Origin: a virus
Taxonomy: Duplodnaviria > Heunggongvirae > Uroviricota > Caudoviricetes
Direction: 5' to 3' (one strand)
DNA length: 64,000 bases
IMG/VR virus record: IMGVR_UViG_3300025466_001444
Part shown: positions 9,259-18,815 of the stretch, one piece after another
Numbering within the stretch: the first letter of the stretch is position 1
Layout of the letters: each line of letters begins with the position of its first letter
The notes under the pieces: model-generated
The model's database searches: none
The model's input: only the letters and a program-made list of their open reading frames with translations
What the model was told of the DNA's origin: nothing
Position numbers and translations under genes: made by a program

Positions 9259-10046
9259 TAATTATATGCATTCAAAAATGATGTATCTGATCTTAAATCA
9301 TATGCAGTTGATAAAAAATGATTATAAACATTTGTATGTTCATCTTCTGATTGCATATGAGGAAGACCTTTATTAGAATTCAAATCATTTTGTGGTATTT
9401 TATTTTTAAATTGCTGTACTCGCTTTATTGTTGTGTCGTTCCATGGCGAATATTTGTATTTTAAAGTAAATACATTTGATACACCAGCTTGATTCATACT
9501 ATGAACTGTATGTCTACCAGAACCATATTTACCAAATGGTTGATTATGATAATATCTACCATATAACCCTTTATAATAATCAAGGTGTGGATCAAAAGAA
9601 GGACCAACATAATCTTTAATCATTCCATGATATTTTTGTGCAAACAAGGGCATATCATGTGTCGGTATATTTTCTGGATCAATATCTACCATACACACAC
9701 CCCATGTTTTTAAATACTCAACATTTCTTTGTAAAAAATATTTGTTAAGATCATTTAAAGGAGATGGGGCAAATAAAAATTCTGTTGTTGTAAGAGTCAA
9801 TTTAAACCCTTCTACAGAATTTTCATAATATTTAATTTCTAAATCTACATAATCAGCTGAGAAATCATCATTAACTGTATTGACAATTTTCCAGTGCTTA
9901 GGGCAAAGTTCTTTACAAATTTCTAATGATCTATCTGTAGAATGATAATTGATCATGATACCATTATCAAACAGTTTTTTGTGATGGTCAATCCACCATG
10001 GCAACATATATTCTTCATTATAAAAATGGGTAAGAACTGTGTTCAT
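9240..10046 (-). CDS. putative glycosyltransferase, tandem paralog 3
   Basis: Similar over its full length to paralogs 1 and 2. Confidence 0.55.
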   Translation of the reverse strand: MNTVLTHFYNEEYMLPWWIDHHKKLFDNGIMINYHSTDRSLEICKELCPKHWKIVNTVNDDFSADYVDLEIKYYENSVEGFKLTLTTTEFLFAPSPLNDLNKYFLQRNVEYLKTWGVCMVDIDPENIPTHDMPLFAQKYHGMIKDYVGPSFDPHLDYYKGLYGRYYHNQPFGKYGSGRHTVHSMNQAGVSNVFTLKYKYSPWNDTTIKRVQQFKNKIPQNDLNSNKGLPHMQSEDEHTNVYNHFLSTAYDLRSDTSFLNAYNYCMSLV

Positions 10047-10223
10047 AACAAACTCCGATACGTTTCATATCGGTATTTATAATTATTATTCCCACCGTTA
10101 ACTACTGCTCGCTCGTCACATATAGTTATCAGCTTTTTTTACATCGATTGTGCCAAGGTGGGAACAACGGTCGATGACTTTCTGGAACCGTTTATTTCGA
10201 AAACCACGGAACTCAGATCGTAA

Positions 10224-10300
10224 TGGTGAACGGGGTGGGGTTCGAACCCACGACTTATGGTTTAAAAGACCATTATTCTACCTACTGAATTACCCGTTCA
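10224..10300 (-). tRNA. tRNA-Lys (anticodon UUU), CCA encoded
   Basis: Anticodon arm TGGT-CTTTTAA-ACCA, T-arm GTGGG-TTCGAAC-CCCAC. Confidence 0.65.
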
Positions 10301-10401
10301 AATGTTGAAGGATTTCTTCAACAAATTTTTTTTTATCTGACAACTTTTTATATTCTGACCATCTAACTCTAATTATGGTCCATCCAAGTTCTTCTCTATA
10401 A

Positions 10402-10480
10402 TGGTCAGTCTAGCTGGATTTGGACCAGCGATCTCATCCTTCCAAGGGATGCGGGGACGGCCAGACTCCCCTATAGACTG
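10402..10480 (-). tRNA. tRNA-Pro (anticodon UGG), CCA encoded
   Basis: Acceptor CAGTCTA/TAGACTG, D-arm GGGG/CCCC, anticodon arm CATCC-CTTGGAA-GGATG, T-arm GCTGG-TCCAAAT-CCAGC. Confidence 0.65.
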
Positions 10481-10489
10481 AAAATCTTA

Positions 10490-10925
10490 TTAGGTGTGAT
10501 GTTATGTTATGGATATGGATAGACCGCCATACCGTTCGCTTTAATCTGTACCCTTATGCAGTAGGAGCGACCCCACCTTTTAGTTACAACTCAGTATTGG
10601 CCGTGCCAGCTGGACAGAGGAACCCATTGACTGTGCGCTATGCAGGAACACTGCAATTTTCCATAACACCACACCTAATAAGATGTTTCTTCAAAGACGT
10701 ACCGGCTATCTAACTGCTATAACCACCGATCATTATGGCCAATTAATCGGATTGAGCAGCCTAGTCGGCTTTCCGGTAGCCATCGCTCCGATACGCCCGT
10801 GAAGAAACATCGTTACACCCACGATGAGGTAAGAATTCTTACTACAAGAGCAAAAATCCCCGATGTTCTTTATTCCAACAATGTCAAACAGCGTATAACG
10901 TATATTACCACAATTCCTATCCATG
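10490..10925. other. GC-enriched, ORF-poor island beside the tRNA cluster; candidate structured RNA or acquired remnant
   Basis: Local GC near 45% against about 33% in flanking sequence. Only short overlapping ORFs on both strands. Contains the palindromic hairpin gtaagaattcttac. Confidence 0.3.
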
Positions 10926-11543
10926 TCAACTACTATTTTTAGGATAGGGCATTATCTTATATTTCAAACTCTGTAACAATTCTTTCTTTCTCTTTCCCTT
11001 CGCATTCACAAACACATACCTGTGTTTTCTTGGTCTAGGCTTGAGAGAGAACTTATCGCCATAAAGTTCTTTTAATTCCTTTGAGGTGTATTTATCTGCA
11101 ATTGTCTGACAATGCCTATCAATACCTTCAACAACCCAGTTCGTTCTTTTAGCAGATAGTCCCGTATAATACCAGTTTGTTGCCTGATATACAATACCTA
11201 AATGTCCTTGTTCTATCTCAGCATATGATACAACAATCTCCTTACCACATTGTTTTATTGTATTCCCTATCAAGAAACTTTCACCATTCCTTGGTACTGA
11301 ATCACAAACCCATAACCTAGTAAGCTCTACTACATTGTTTACATTTTCATCACCAGCAATTCCTCTCCTTAGAGGTGCAGATGATGGTGTACCATATATA
11401 ACAACACCTTTGCATTCATCATCCAAAAATAATCCAAATGCAATACTACAAGGTGCTTTTCTATGAAGATAATGCTTCTCAACAATTATCTTCATAGCAG
11501 TTTGATAATCAATTCTCTTGATGAGATAGTTCTCAAGAGCCAT
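10926..11543 (-). CDS. hypothetical protein (205 aa)
   Basis: ORF. Conserved HYLHRKAP motif of unknown family. Confidence 0.5.
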   Translation of the reverse strand: MALENYLIKRIDYQTAMKIIVEKHYLHRKAPCSIAFGLFLDDECKGVVIYGTPSSAPLRRGIAGDENVNNVVELTRLWVCDSVPRNGESFLIGNTIKQCGKEIVVSYAEIEQGHLGIVYQATNWYYTGLSAKRTNWVVEGIDRHCQTIADKYTSKELKELYGDKFSLKPRPRKHRYVFVNAKGKRKKELLQSLKYKIMPYPKNSS

Positions 11544-11907
11544 TTTTATTCAAAACAAATAATCTTGAAACGTGTATTGTCAATCCAATATCCAACAACC
11601 CACTTACCCAATTCTACACTATAAGTCTTGATAATCTTGTTCATTTTGTCACTCCATTAATACAACAAAGTTTCTTTCCTGAGATACTCAGGTGTTGATT
11701 CTCTAACATATTCTTGGATATCTTGCAAGATATCTTCTTCATCTTCTGGGATTAATACCGATACAAGGGTATTAAAATCTTCATCATCATAGGAAAAAGT
11801 ATTCTTATCGATCATATTTATATCCTTTCATTAAGACATCCGTAGTATACACTCATAAAAAACCTTGTCAAGTAAAAAATCCCACTTTTTGAGTGGGATT
11901 TCTGTTT

Positions 11908-13290
11908 TTATTTACCAAGAAGACCCTTGATCTTTTGCTTTTTTTCCTCATCAAGTCCACCGAACTTTGATTTGGAGAAAACCGGTTTGTCATCCGCAAT
12001 ATCGTCCTGCGCTGACTGTTCAACGTCATACAATCTCATTTTAGCTCTGTCAACACCCACAACAAACTTTTTATGGATTGTAGGATCATTGTAGCGGTTC
12101 TTGAGTTGCTTGATCATAATTTGATTAAGAGATTCAAGCTGTTCAGAACTTATTAAAGCAAACATGAAATCTGCAGTTGCGGGCAAACCAAATGATTCAG
12201 AAGTATCAGTTAGCTCAACATCTGAGTTGCCATACCCAGAACGTGTTGTTTGAGTTGCAGAAACAATAGGAACAGCAAACTCTACAGCCAATCCACGCAA
12301 TTCTTCTGCAATAGATTTAATCAAGGTATAAGAATTTACATTTGACCCTGACTTGATACGTGAAGAACAACAGATATTCAGATAATCGATATAGATAATA
12401 TCTGGAATAAAGTTCCGTTTGATACGAAGCTCATTGATCAAATGTCTGAAATGTGCTGCACCAGCCGATGCTGTTGGGTATTCTTTGATAATCAACTTTC
12501 CAGTAGTTTTTTCCTTAACACGATTGATTTTCTTATCATACACATCCTTGGGTAGAAGAGCCAATTCGTCAATGGTGACGTTGAGTAGATTGGCATCAAT
12601 TCGTTCAGCAATCTTCTCTTCTGCCATTTCCATGGTAATATAAAGAACATTCTTTCCTTGCGCTAAATTATTTGTGGCGCAATGACACATGAACAATGAT
12701 TTGCCAACGCCAGTACCAGCAAGAGCAATATTTAAGCTCTTTTTGATAAGACCTCCCTTGGTAATTTTATTCATATAATCTAGATCAAATGGAATACGCT
12801 CCTTTTTCTCATGATAAAATTCAAAACGATCATCTGAATTATCTAGATAATCATGACCAATAGACACATCAAACGAAACTCCCAAAGCTTCTGAAAGAAG
12901 ATTGGGAATTGCGCCTTTACTTTGTGACTCTTTCTTATCATCAAGAATTTTAATGGATGCCATGATAGCATTATAGATTGCTTTATCTTGACAAAACTTT
13001 TCAGTTGAATCAAGAAGCCATTCTATTTTAGTATCTTCTTTCGTCATATCATCAATCAAAGATTTTGCATCCTTGAAGATGTTCTCAGAAATTCCATCCT
13101 TGTTATCCAATTCAAGATAAAGCACTTCCTTTGTAGGAAGTGCATTATACTTTTCTACATATTCCTTTATTAAATTATAGATAGTTTTGTCTGAAAGTGT
13201 ATGAAAATAATCATCCTTAATAAAAGGAAGAACCTTACGTGAGTAAGGTTCATTGTAGATCAGATGAGATAGAATGGTTTTTTCAATCAT
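11908..13290 (-). CDS. 41: DnaB-like replicative helicase (T4 gp41-like)
   Basis: Walker A LAGTGVGKS in a RecA-like C-terminal domain. 460 aa. Synteny with uvsX. Confidence 0.85.
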   Translation of the reverse strand: MIEKTILSHLIYNEPYSRKVLPFIKDDYFHTLSDKTIYNLIKEYVEKYNALPTKEVLYLELDNKDGISENIFKDAKSLIDDMTKEDTKIEWLLDSTEKFCQDKAIYNAIMASIKILDDKKESQSKGAIPNLLSEALGVSFDVSIGHDYLDNSDDRFEFYHEKKERIPFDLDYMNKITKGGLIKKSLNIALAGTGVGKSLFMCHCATNNLAQGKNVLYITMEMAEEKIAERIDANLLNVTIDELALLPKDVYDKKINRVKEKTTGKLIIKEYPTASAGAAHFRHLINELRIKRNFIPDIIYIDYLNICCSSRIKSGSNVNSYTLIKSIAEELRGLAVEFAVPIVSATQTTRSGYGNSDVELTDTSESFGLPATADFMFALISSEQLESLNQIMIKQLKNRYNDPTIHKKFVVGVDRAKMRLYDVEQSAQDDIADDKPVFSKSKFGGLDEEKKQKIKGLLGK

Positions 13291-13551
13291 TTACTTCTTT
13301 CTTTTAAAGATACTGTCGAATGATGCGATGATAATTGCAAATAAAATAGCAACAACAGATGCAAACAAAATAACACCAAAGAACAATGCAAAGCCAACCC
13401 ACAAAGGGGAAAGAACCCAAATCCAATCCCAATCAATATATCCAGTAAGCTTAAGCCCAATAAACAAGATTGTCAACAGACCGGGGAATCCAACCCCAGT
13501 GTAATTAACTTCTATTTTCTCACTCATCCTCATCACCTTCATCATCATCAT
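13291..13551 (-). CDS. small membrane protein (gp40-position)
   Basis: Two predicted transmembrane segments. Lies between the gp41 and uvsX genes. Confidence 0.5.
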   Translation of the reverse strand: MMMMKVMRMSEKIEVNYTGVGFPGLLTILFIGLKLTGYIDWDWIWVLSPLWVGFALFFGVILFASVVAILFAIIIASFDSIFKRKK

Positions 13552-14608
13552 GAACCAAAGAACCAGAAACAGTAGTGTACTTATTCTTCAACCAATCTGC
13601 AAAGTCAGTTTCATCAAACAGCTTCTTCCAGAAAGAACTATTGTTTTCGATATCAGCCATTCGCATCTTGTCACCAACAAATTCACCAGTGCTGCTATCG
13701 AACCTTTGATACCATCCCATAGAAGGCTTGACAACATACTTGCCTTCTTCTGCAAGGTCAACAAGACCAGACCACTTATTGATGCCACCTTCGTATGTGA
13801 CGTTAATAGGAATCTTGCTCTTTTCCTTTACATAACGTGACTTCTCAACATTGATGATGAAGCTATAACCATCAATTTCTTTTGTCTTGGTATCCTTATC
13901 TTGCTGACGACCAAGAATCCAGATTGTATCAGCAGAATAATAGATACCAGTACCACCAGAAACAACATCCTTGCTATACATTTCAAGAGTCTTGTAGGTA
14001 TGGTTGACTGCAATCAAAGGAATATCCTTGAGTGTCAAATGAGGTGTAATCATACGGAACAAAGACTTCAATGCCTTTGCACGAGACATATCAGCTACAT
14101 TCTTTCCATCCAAAGCATCATCAACTTCCTTACGTGAAGCAAGATTACCAACAGAGTCAATAACAATAACAACCTTATCATCACGAGTGATAGTGCTATC
14201 AGACTTGCTTTCTTCCTTCACAGTCAAATGACTCATCAAGTCAACCTTCAACTGTTCAACATCTGTGATAGGGATATGAATAACACGATCCATATCAATA
14301 TCGAAAGATTTAAAATAACCTTCTGGCGTACCAAATTCAGAATCATAAAAAAGCATCACAGCTTCTGGATACTTCTTCATATAGGCAGATGCCATAAGCA
14401 AAGAGAATGCAGACTTGAAATGCTTTGAAGGACCAGCAAGAACAGTAAGCCCCGGTGTCAATCCACCATCAATATTTCCAGACAATGCAACATTCAACAT
14501 AGGAATGCTTGTTGGAATCATATCCTTCTTGCCATAAATTTTGCTCTCAGAGAGAACAGAGACTTGCTTGATTTTTGAATTCTTCATAATGCGATCTACT
14601 AGCGACAT
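13520..14608 (-). CDS. uvsX: UvsX RecA-like recombinase
   Basis: GLTVLAGPSKHFKS Walker A and RecA-fold motifs. 362 aa with an acidic C-terminus. Confidence 0.85.
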   Translation of the reverse strand: MSLVDRIMKNSKIKQVSVLSESKIYGKKDMIPTSIPMLNVALSGNIDGGLTPGLTVLAGPSKHFKSAFSLLMASAYMKKYPEAVMLFYDSEFGTPEGYFKSFDIDMDRVIHIPITDVEQLKVDLMSHLTVKEESKSDSTITRDDKVVIVIDSVGNLASRKEVDDALDGKNVADMSRAKALKSLFRMITPHLTLKDIPLIAVNHTYKTLEMYSKDVVSGGTGIYYSADTIWILGRQQDKDTKTKEIDGYSFIINVEKSRYVKEKSKIPINVTYEGGINKWSGLVDLAEEGKYVVKPSMGWYQRFDSSTGEFVGDKMRMADIENNSSFWKKLFDETDFADWLKNKYTTVSGSLVHDDDEGDEDE

Positions 14609-14617
14609 ATTATTTCC

Positions 14618-14866
14618 TTAACTTTCTAGAATTGAATTAAGTTTTTTAATAAACTCATTGATTTTATCCTCACGATCAGGCCAATTGATTGTTGGCTTGT
14701 CTGGATTCTTTTTTAAATTATTTAAGAGTGGCATGATCATGCTATGCATTTCACTACACTTGCTCTTCCATTTCATAACATCTGACGCCTTTGCAGTCAA
14801 GTCTGCTTGAAACTTTTTAGAACTTTCTTCTGGACTATCAGAAAATGTAAAACCAAAATCATCCAT
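14618..14866 (-). CDS. hypothetical protein (82 aa)
   Basis: ORF between uvsX and the polymerase. Confidence 0.45.
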   Translation of the reverse strand: MDDFGFTFSDSPEESSKKFQADLTAKASDVMKWKSKCSEMHSMIMPLLNNLKKNPDKPTINWPDREDKINEFIKKLNSILES

Positions 14867-14871
14867 TTATT

Positions 14872-15981
14872 TTACTCCCAAAATTGATCTAATGTATTTC
14901 GTTTTTCAACTTGCCAACCAATCGCATCTAAAATGGTTTTAATAGGCTCAACGAATGACTTAGAATACTGTAGCTCATAATCAATGTACTTGTCAAGGTC
15001 CAATTGACGAGGAAGATTATGATGACATGCAATAACATTTTCTTTGATTGGATTTGGCATTTTCATATAACAGAACTTGATCTTATCACCATCTTGGATA
15101 AAGGGATAACGATTCCCCAGATTTTCATTCCTTAGAAGATTATTATATACAAGTGCTGCACGAACATGCATTGGTGTCCCTGACTTATATATATCTTGCT
15201 TGTTGGACCACTTAGAAAGATTCTTACAACCACGAGGAAATGCAACTTCTTCAAACGAAAGCTTCTTGAATTCCTGACGAAAATCAGCAATAAATTTAAT
15301 CATATCATCTTCTGTCTTGGACATGATTACGCCCATAGCTTTTTTAATATTATCTCGACAAGCTTGTGGTGTGGATGAACGAACAGCTTCGATGCCCATC
15401 ATTTTCAACTTAGGTTCGCTGTATTGAACACCTTCGTTATTCCATACATTCAAGATATAACGTTTCTTTGCAGTCCAAATTCCCTTACTAGCAATTGATT
15501 CACGCTTCATCTGCATCTTCTGTGCATACGCATTCATCATTACTGCTAGTTCTTGATAACATTTGTCAATGAATGGCTGAACCTTTTGTTCGCAGAAAGC
15601 ATCAACAGCACCAACAATAAATGGCGCATCGTCAGTGTTGAGAAGCTTTACCATCTCAGCCATCTTCACATAGATAGAATCAGTATCAGATGCAATTACA
15701 TAATCAACTTCCTTTGTCTTGCATACCTTATTCATAAACTCATTCATCTTCTTTTCAATCCACTTGATTGAAAGCTGACCAGAAAGAGTGATCGAAGTAG
15801 CAAGATTGTCGTCATACCAACGAAAATATTCGTTAGACAACGCACCATATGCTGAGTTGAGTTGAATTTTCTTTGCAAGTTGAAGATTGTGGGATTGAGA
15901 TATTTTTTTAATTAAATTTTCTCTATGCTCTATCAACTCCTGATCCGTCATCTTTTCTATGTCTAGCTTTTGCAGCATCAC
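14872..15981 (-). CDS. 43: DNA polymerase (family B, gp43-like) C-terminal fragment (palm motif B/C, thumb)
   Basis: KIQLNSAYGALSN (motif B, KxxxNSxYG) and a YVIASDTDS-like motif C. The N-terminus overlaps the HNH ORF. Confidence 0.85.
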   Translation of the reverse strand: MMLQKLDIEKMTDQELIEHRENLIKKISQSHNLQLAKKIQLNSAYGALSNEYFRWYDDNLATSITLSGQLSIKWIEKKMNEFMNKVCKTKEVDYVIASDTDSIYVKMAEMVKLLNTDDAPFIVGAVDAFCEQKVQPFIDKCYQELAVMMNAYAQKMQMKRESIASKGIWTAKKRYILNVWNNEGVQYSEPKLKMMGIEAVRSSTPQACRDNIKKAMGVIMSKTEDDMIKFIADFRQEFKKLSFEEVAFPRGCKNLSKWSNKQDIYKSGTPMHVRAALVYNNLLRNENLGNRYPFIQDGDKIKFCYMKMPNPIKENVIACHHNLPRQLDLDKYIDYELQYSKSFVEPIKTILDAIGWQVEKRNTLDQFWE

Positions 15982-16432
15982 TCAACTTCCTTTTCCATTC
16001 ATCAGTAAATACTCTACCCTTACGTCCAACTTTAGCATTATGTTCTGGACTATGCAACTTTCCTTTCAATGCAGAAGAAATATTATTAATATGATCTTCT
16101 GATAATTTTTTCCCTGTCTGTGCTTTTCTATTATTTTCTACATGAGTAATAGAATGTTTTTTTCCTTTTTTAGCATCACTCATTTTTTTTCTGGTTTCTG
16201 AACTTCTAACTTTTCCAGTATTTGCTTTTCTAACTGCTTCACGTTGAACTTCTTCACTTGGTATTCTTCCACTCAATCCTTTCCAAGCAATTTCATCCTG
16301 CCAACGACCATATTTTTCAAACAATAATTTATGTGCTTCTGCATGTTGTTCAACAGTCAAATATTGAATATTTGAAGGATCATTTGTTCCTCCAACGTGT
16401 TTTGGTATTATATGATGTTTGTGTAATAACAT
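15923..16432 (-). CDS. HNH homing endonuclease with NUMOD-like repeats, inserted inside the polymerase gene
   Basis: HHIIPKHVGGTNDPSNIQYLTVEQHAEAH is an HNH motif. Lys-rich repeats of the form GKK..S..H. Confidence 0.75.
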   Translation of the reverse strand: MLLHKHHIIPKHVGGTNDPSNIQYLTVEQHAEAHKLLFEKYGRWQDEIAWKGLSGRIPSEEVQREAVRKANTGKVRSSETRKKMSDAKKGKKHSITHVENNRKAQTGKKLSEDHINNISSALKGKLHSPEHNAKVGRKGRVFTDEWKRKLSDAAKARHRKDDGSGVDRA

Positions 16433-16462
16433 AAAGGGCTCCCATTGTTAGCTACCTGCATG

Positions 16463-17941
16463 TTATTTATATAACATTTTCCTCTTTTTCATTTCAGATT
16501 CAATTATTTCCAAATCTTTTTTGGCTTCAATCATGCGCTCCTTAAATACGACACGATCATTGTACATCTTCTCCATCAGAGTAGGAAGGAAGCCTTGCTT
16601 ATCCTTACGATAGATAGCACCATTAGCAGCAATAGCATGTTCACAATTATGAGACCATTCACTATTAATCAATTCATCAACAGATGAGAATTTAGGCAAT
16701 ATAGCCACAAAAGTTTCAGGACTTACATTATATTGCATAATAAGATGAGGATATAGAGAATTCAAATCGAATGATACAACCCAATCATGCATTCCAAGAA
16801 TTGGGTCTTTTACATATGCGCCAACAATCTGTTCATCCTTATGCGTCTTCTTATTCTGAGGAATAACAATGCGCTGATTAATAAGATAGTTGTGAATGAT
16901 TACATCCCAGAGACGCACAGAAGTAAACGCATCAGAGAAGTTGACCTTCGCATCATACGCAATAGCAAATACTTGTTCGATCAGTTTCAGCTTGTCATCA
17001 AGGCGACCAACAAGATCAACGTCCTTGATATTGTACTCAATGAAAAGCTGATAATTCTTCTTATACAAATCGAACAGAGATTCATATTCAGAATAATCAA
17101 GTTTGCGTTCGCCAAGTTCAATGTGGGCGATGTGATCCAGACGATAGGATTCCTGATTAGTGAATGTGAACTTCCTGTAGAGTTGTAGATAATCAAGTAC
17201 TGTGATGCCAACAGGAATATACGATTTCTGTTCAACACCATATTTCTCTACAGAACGTTCCTCAATGATGCCCCAAGGTGAAATCTTCTTAGCCATTTCA
17301 TTTCCAAGAAGCCTACGGACACGATTGATGATATACGGAATATCAAAGTACTCCACATTCCAACCAGTCACAACATCAGGCTGAAACCACTTCATACGCC
17401 ATAGGTCAAGGAATTTGATGAGCAAAGATTCTTCATCTTTACACTTGAAGTACTTCACATTTTCATTGGTGTTTACGAACTCCCCACACCCAAGAACAAC
17501 GTAGATGTCATCCTTCTTCATTGTGATGGCAGTTATTTCTTTTTCAGCAGTTTCAATATCGGGAAACCCTTCATCAGCTGCAACCTCAATATCGATATTA
17601 ACGATAGAAATTTGCTTAGGGTCATAATCAATTTCGCCGGGATAATAATCATTGATGAATGGGTAGACGAACTGTGTCATCCCATAGATATCAAAGTTGG
17701 AAACATCGCCATATTGCTTCACATAATCACGAGCATCCTTTGGAGAATCAAAGTCGATACGCTTGACAGGATCGCCCTTTAGGTTCCTGAATTCAATCTC
17801 ATCCACATTGTTTGGATTATTGTTGTGGACAAAGAGGTACGGCTTGCAAGGCAGCTTTTCGAATACACGTTTACCACCATCATAGCCACGAAGCAGAATG
17901 GTATCGAAGTGAAGATGTGCATGGGTGTAAAATTTGCTCAT
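16463..17941 (-). CDS. 43: DNA polymerase (family B, gp43-like) N-terminal fragment (N-terminal, exonuclease and motif A region)
   Basis: Exo motifs (FDIE-like IDIEV) and an SFDLNSLYPH-like motif A (VVSFDLNSLYPHLI). The ORF ends in a stop before motif B. Confidence 0.85.
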   Translation of the reverse strand: MSKFYTHAHLHFDTILLRGYDGGKRVFEKLPCKPYLFVHNNNPNNVDEIEFRNLKGDPVKRIDFDSPKDARDYVKQYGDVSNFDIYGMTQFVYPFINDYYPGEIDYDPKQISIVNIDIEVAADEGFPDIETAEKEITAITMKKDDIYVVLGCGEFVNTNENVKYFKCKDEESLLIKFLDLWRMKWFQPDVVTGWNVEYFDIPYIINRVRRLLGNEMAKKISPWGIIEERSVEKYGVEQKSYIPVGITVLDYLQLYRKFTFTNQESYRLDHIAHIELGERKLDYSEYESLFDLYKKNYQLFIEYNIKDVDLVGRLDDKLKLIEQVFAIAYDAKVNFSDAFTSVRLWDVIIHNYLINQRIVIPQNKKTHKDEQIVGAYVKDPILGMHDWVVSFDLNSLYPHLIMQYNVSPETFVAILPKFSSVDELINSEWSHNCEHAIAANGAIYRKDKQGFLPTLMEKMYNDRVVFKERMIEAKKDLEIIESEMKKRKMLYK

Positions 17942-17977
17942 ACAAATACCTTATACCAAAGTGAGCCAAGATGCAAG

Positions 17978-18012
17978 CAAAAAATAGGGGGCAATGACCC
18001 CCTATTAAGTTT
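17978..18012. terminator. intrinsic terminator hairpin (tagggggcaatgaccccctat) flanked by A/T runs
   Basis: G/C stem with an A-run upstream and a T-rich run downstream, so it can act bidirectionally. Confidence 0.55.
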
Positions 18013-18220
18013 ATTTCCTGCAATTTTGTATTGCTAAGTTCAAGATATCACCACGGCAAATGCCGATATCAGAAAGTTCTCTATCAGACAATTTTGATAG
18101 TTCCTTGATGATATTGTAATACCTTGTAGTGGCTGAAAATTCTTTCTGCCAGTAGTCCATCCATTCATGTATCATTTTTTTATTCTGCGATAAATTGTTT
18201 CGTTGACTTTTTTGTGGCAA
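18011..18220 (-). CDS. hypothetical protein (69 aa)
   Basis: ORF. Confidence 0.4.
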   Translation of the reverse strand: MPQKSQRNNLSQNKKMIHEWMDYWQKEFSATTRYYNIIKELSKLSDRELSDIGICRGDILNLAIQNCRK

Positions 18221-18704
18221 CTTCTGTTGTCACATCGTCGGTGATATCAATCTTTTTAGGTTTCTTACTTTCAGGAATAATATGTTCAAGCCAAATCTTG
18301 AGAATACCATTTACCATGGAAGCATTGTTTACAACGACATTATCATTAAGAGCAAAAGTACGAGTAAAAGCACGATCTGCAATTCCCTTATGAAGATATT
18401 GTACATCAACACCATCAGAAGTAAGGGTGTCCAAAGTTGTTTGGCCCTTGACGACAAGCTTGTTTTCTTCAAGAGTCAATTCAATATCTTGCTTACCAAA
18501 TCCAGCAACAGCAAGTTCGACAACATATACATTTTCGTCTGTCTTCTTTAGGTTAAATGGGGGATACCCATTGCCAGCTGTCTTCTGAATGTGTTCGTAA
18601 GTTTCATTCATCTTCTGAGCAATCTTGTCTGCTCCAACAAAAAACTTGTCAAACTTGGCAAGATCAGAAAATGTATGATCGAATCTATAAGGTGTATTAG
18701 TCAT
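18180..18704 (-). CDS. small heat shock protein (Hsp20/alpha-crystallin family)
   Basis: GYPPFNL...YVVELAVAGFGKQDIELT...GILKIWLE is the alpha-crystallin domain pattern. Confidence 0.75.
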   Translation of the reverse strand: MTNTPYRFDHTFSDLAKFDKFFVGADKIAQKMNETYEHIQKTAGNGYPPFNLKKTDENVYVVELAVAGFGKQDIELTLEENKLVVKGQTTLDTLTSDGVDVQYLHKGIADRAFTRTFALNDNVVVNNASMVNGILKIWLEHIIPESKKPKKIDITDDVTTEVATKKSTKQFIAE

Positions 18705-18815
18705 CTCATCGTTCTCCTATGTTAGCGAGATTCATAAATATGCCGTCCAACTATGCAACGACATAAATATATTTAGGTTGGATTTATCAATTTTCAAGAG
18801 TGAGGAATAAAAAAA

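Noticed and set aside
10080-10225. Possible additional tRNA or small RNA between glycosyltransferase paralog 3 and tRNA-Lys
   Set aside because: Long-range complementary segments (cccacc...ggtggg) but no convincing cloverleaf or T-loop consensus found by hand.
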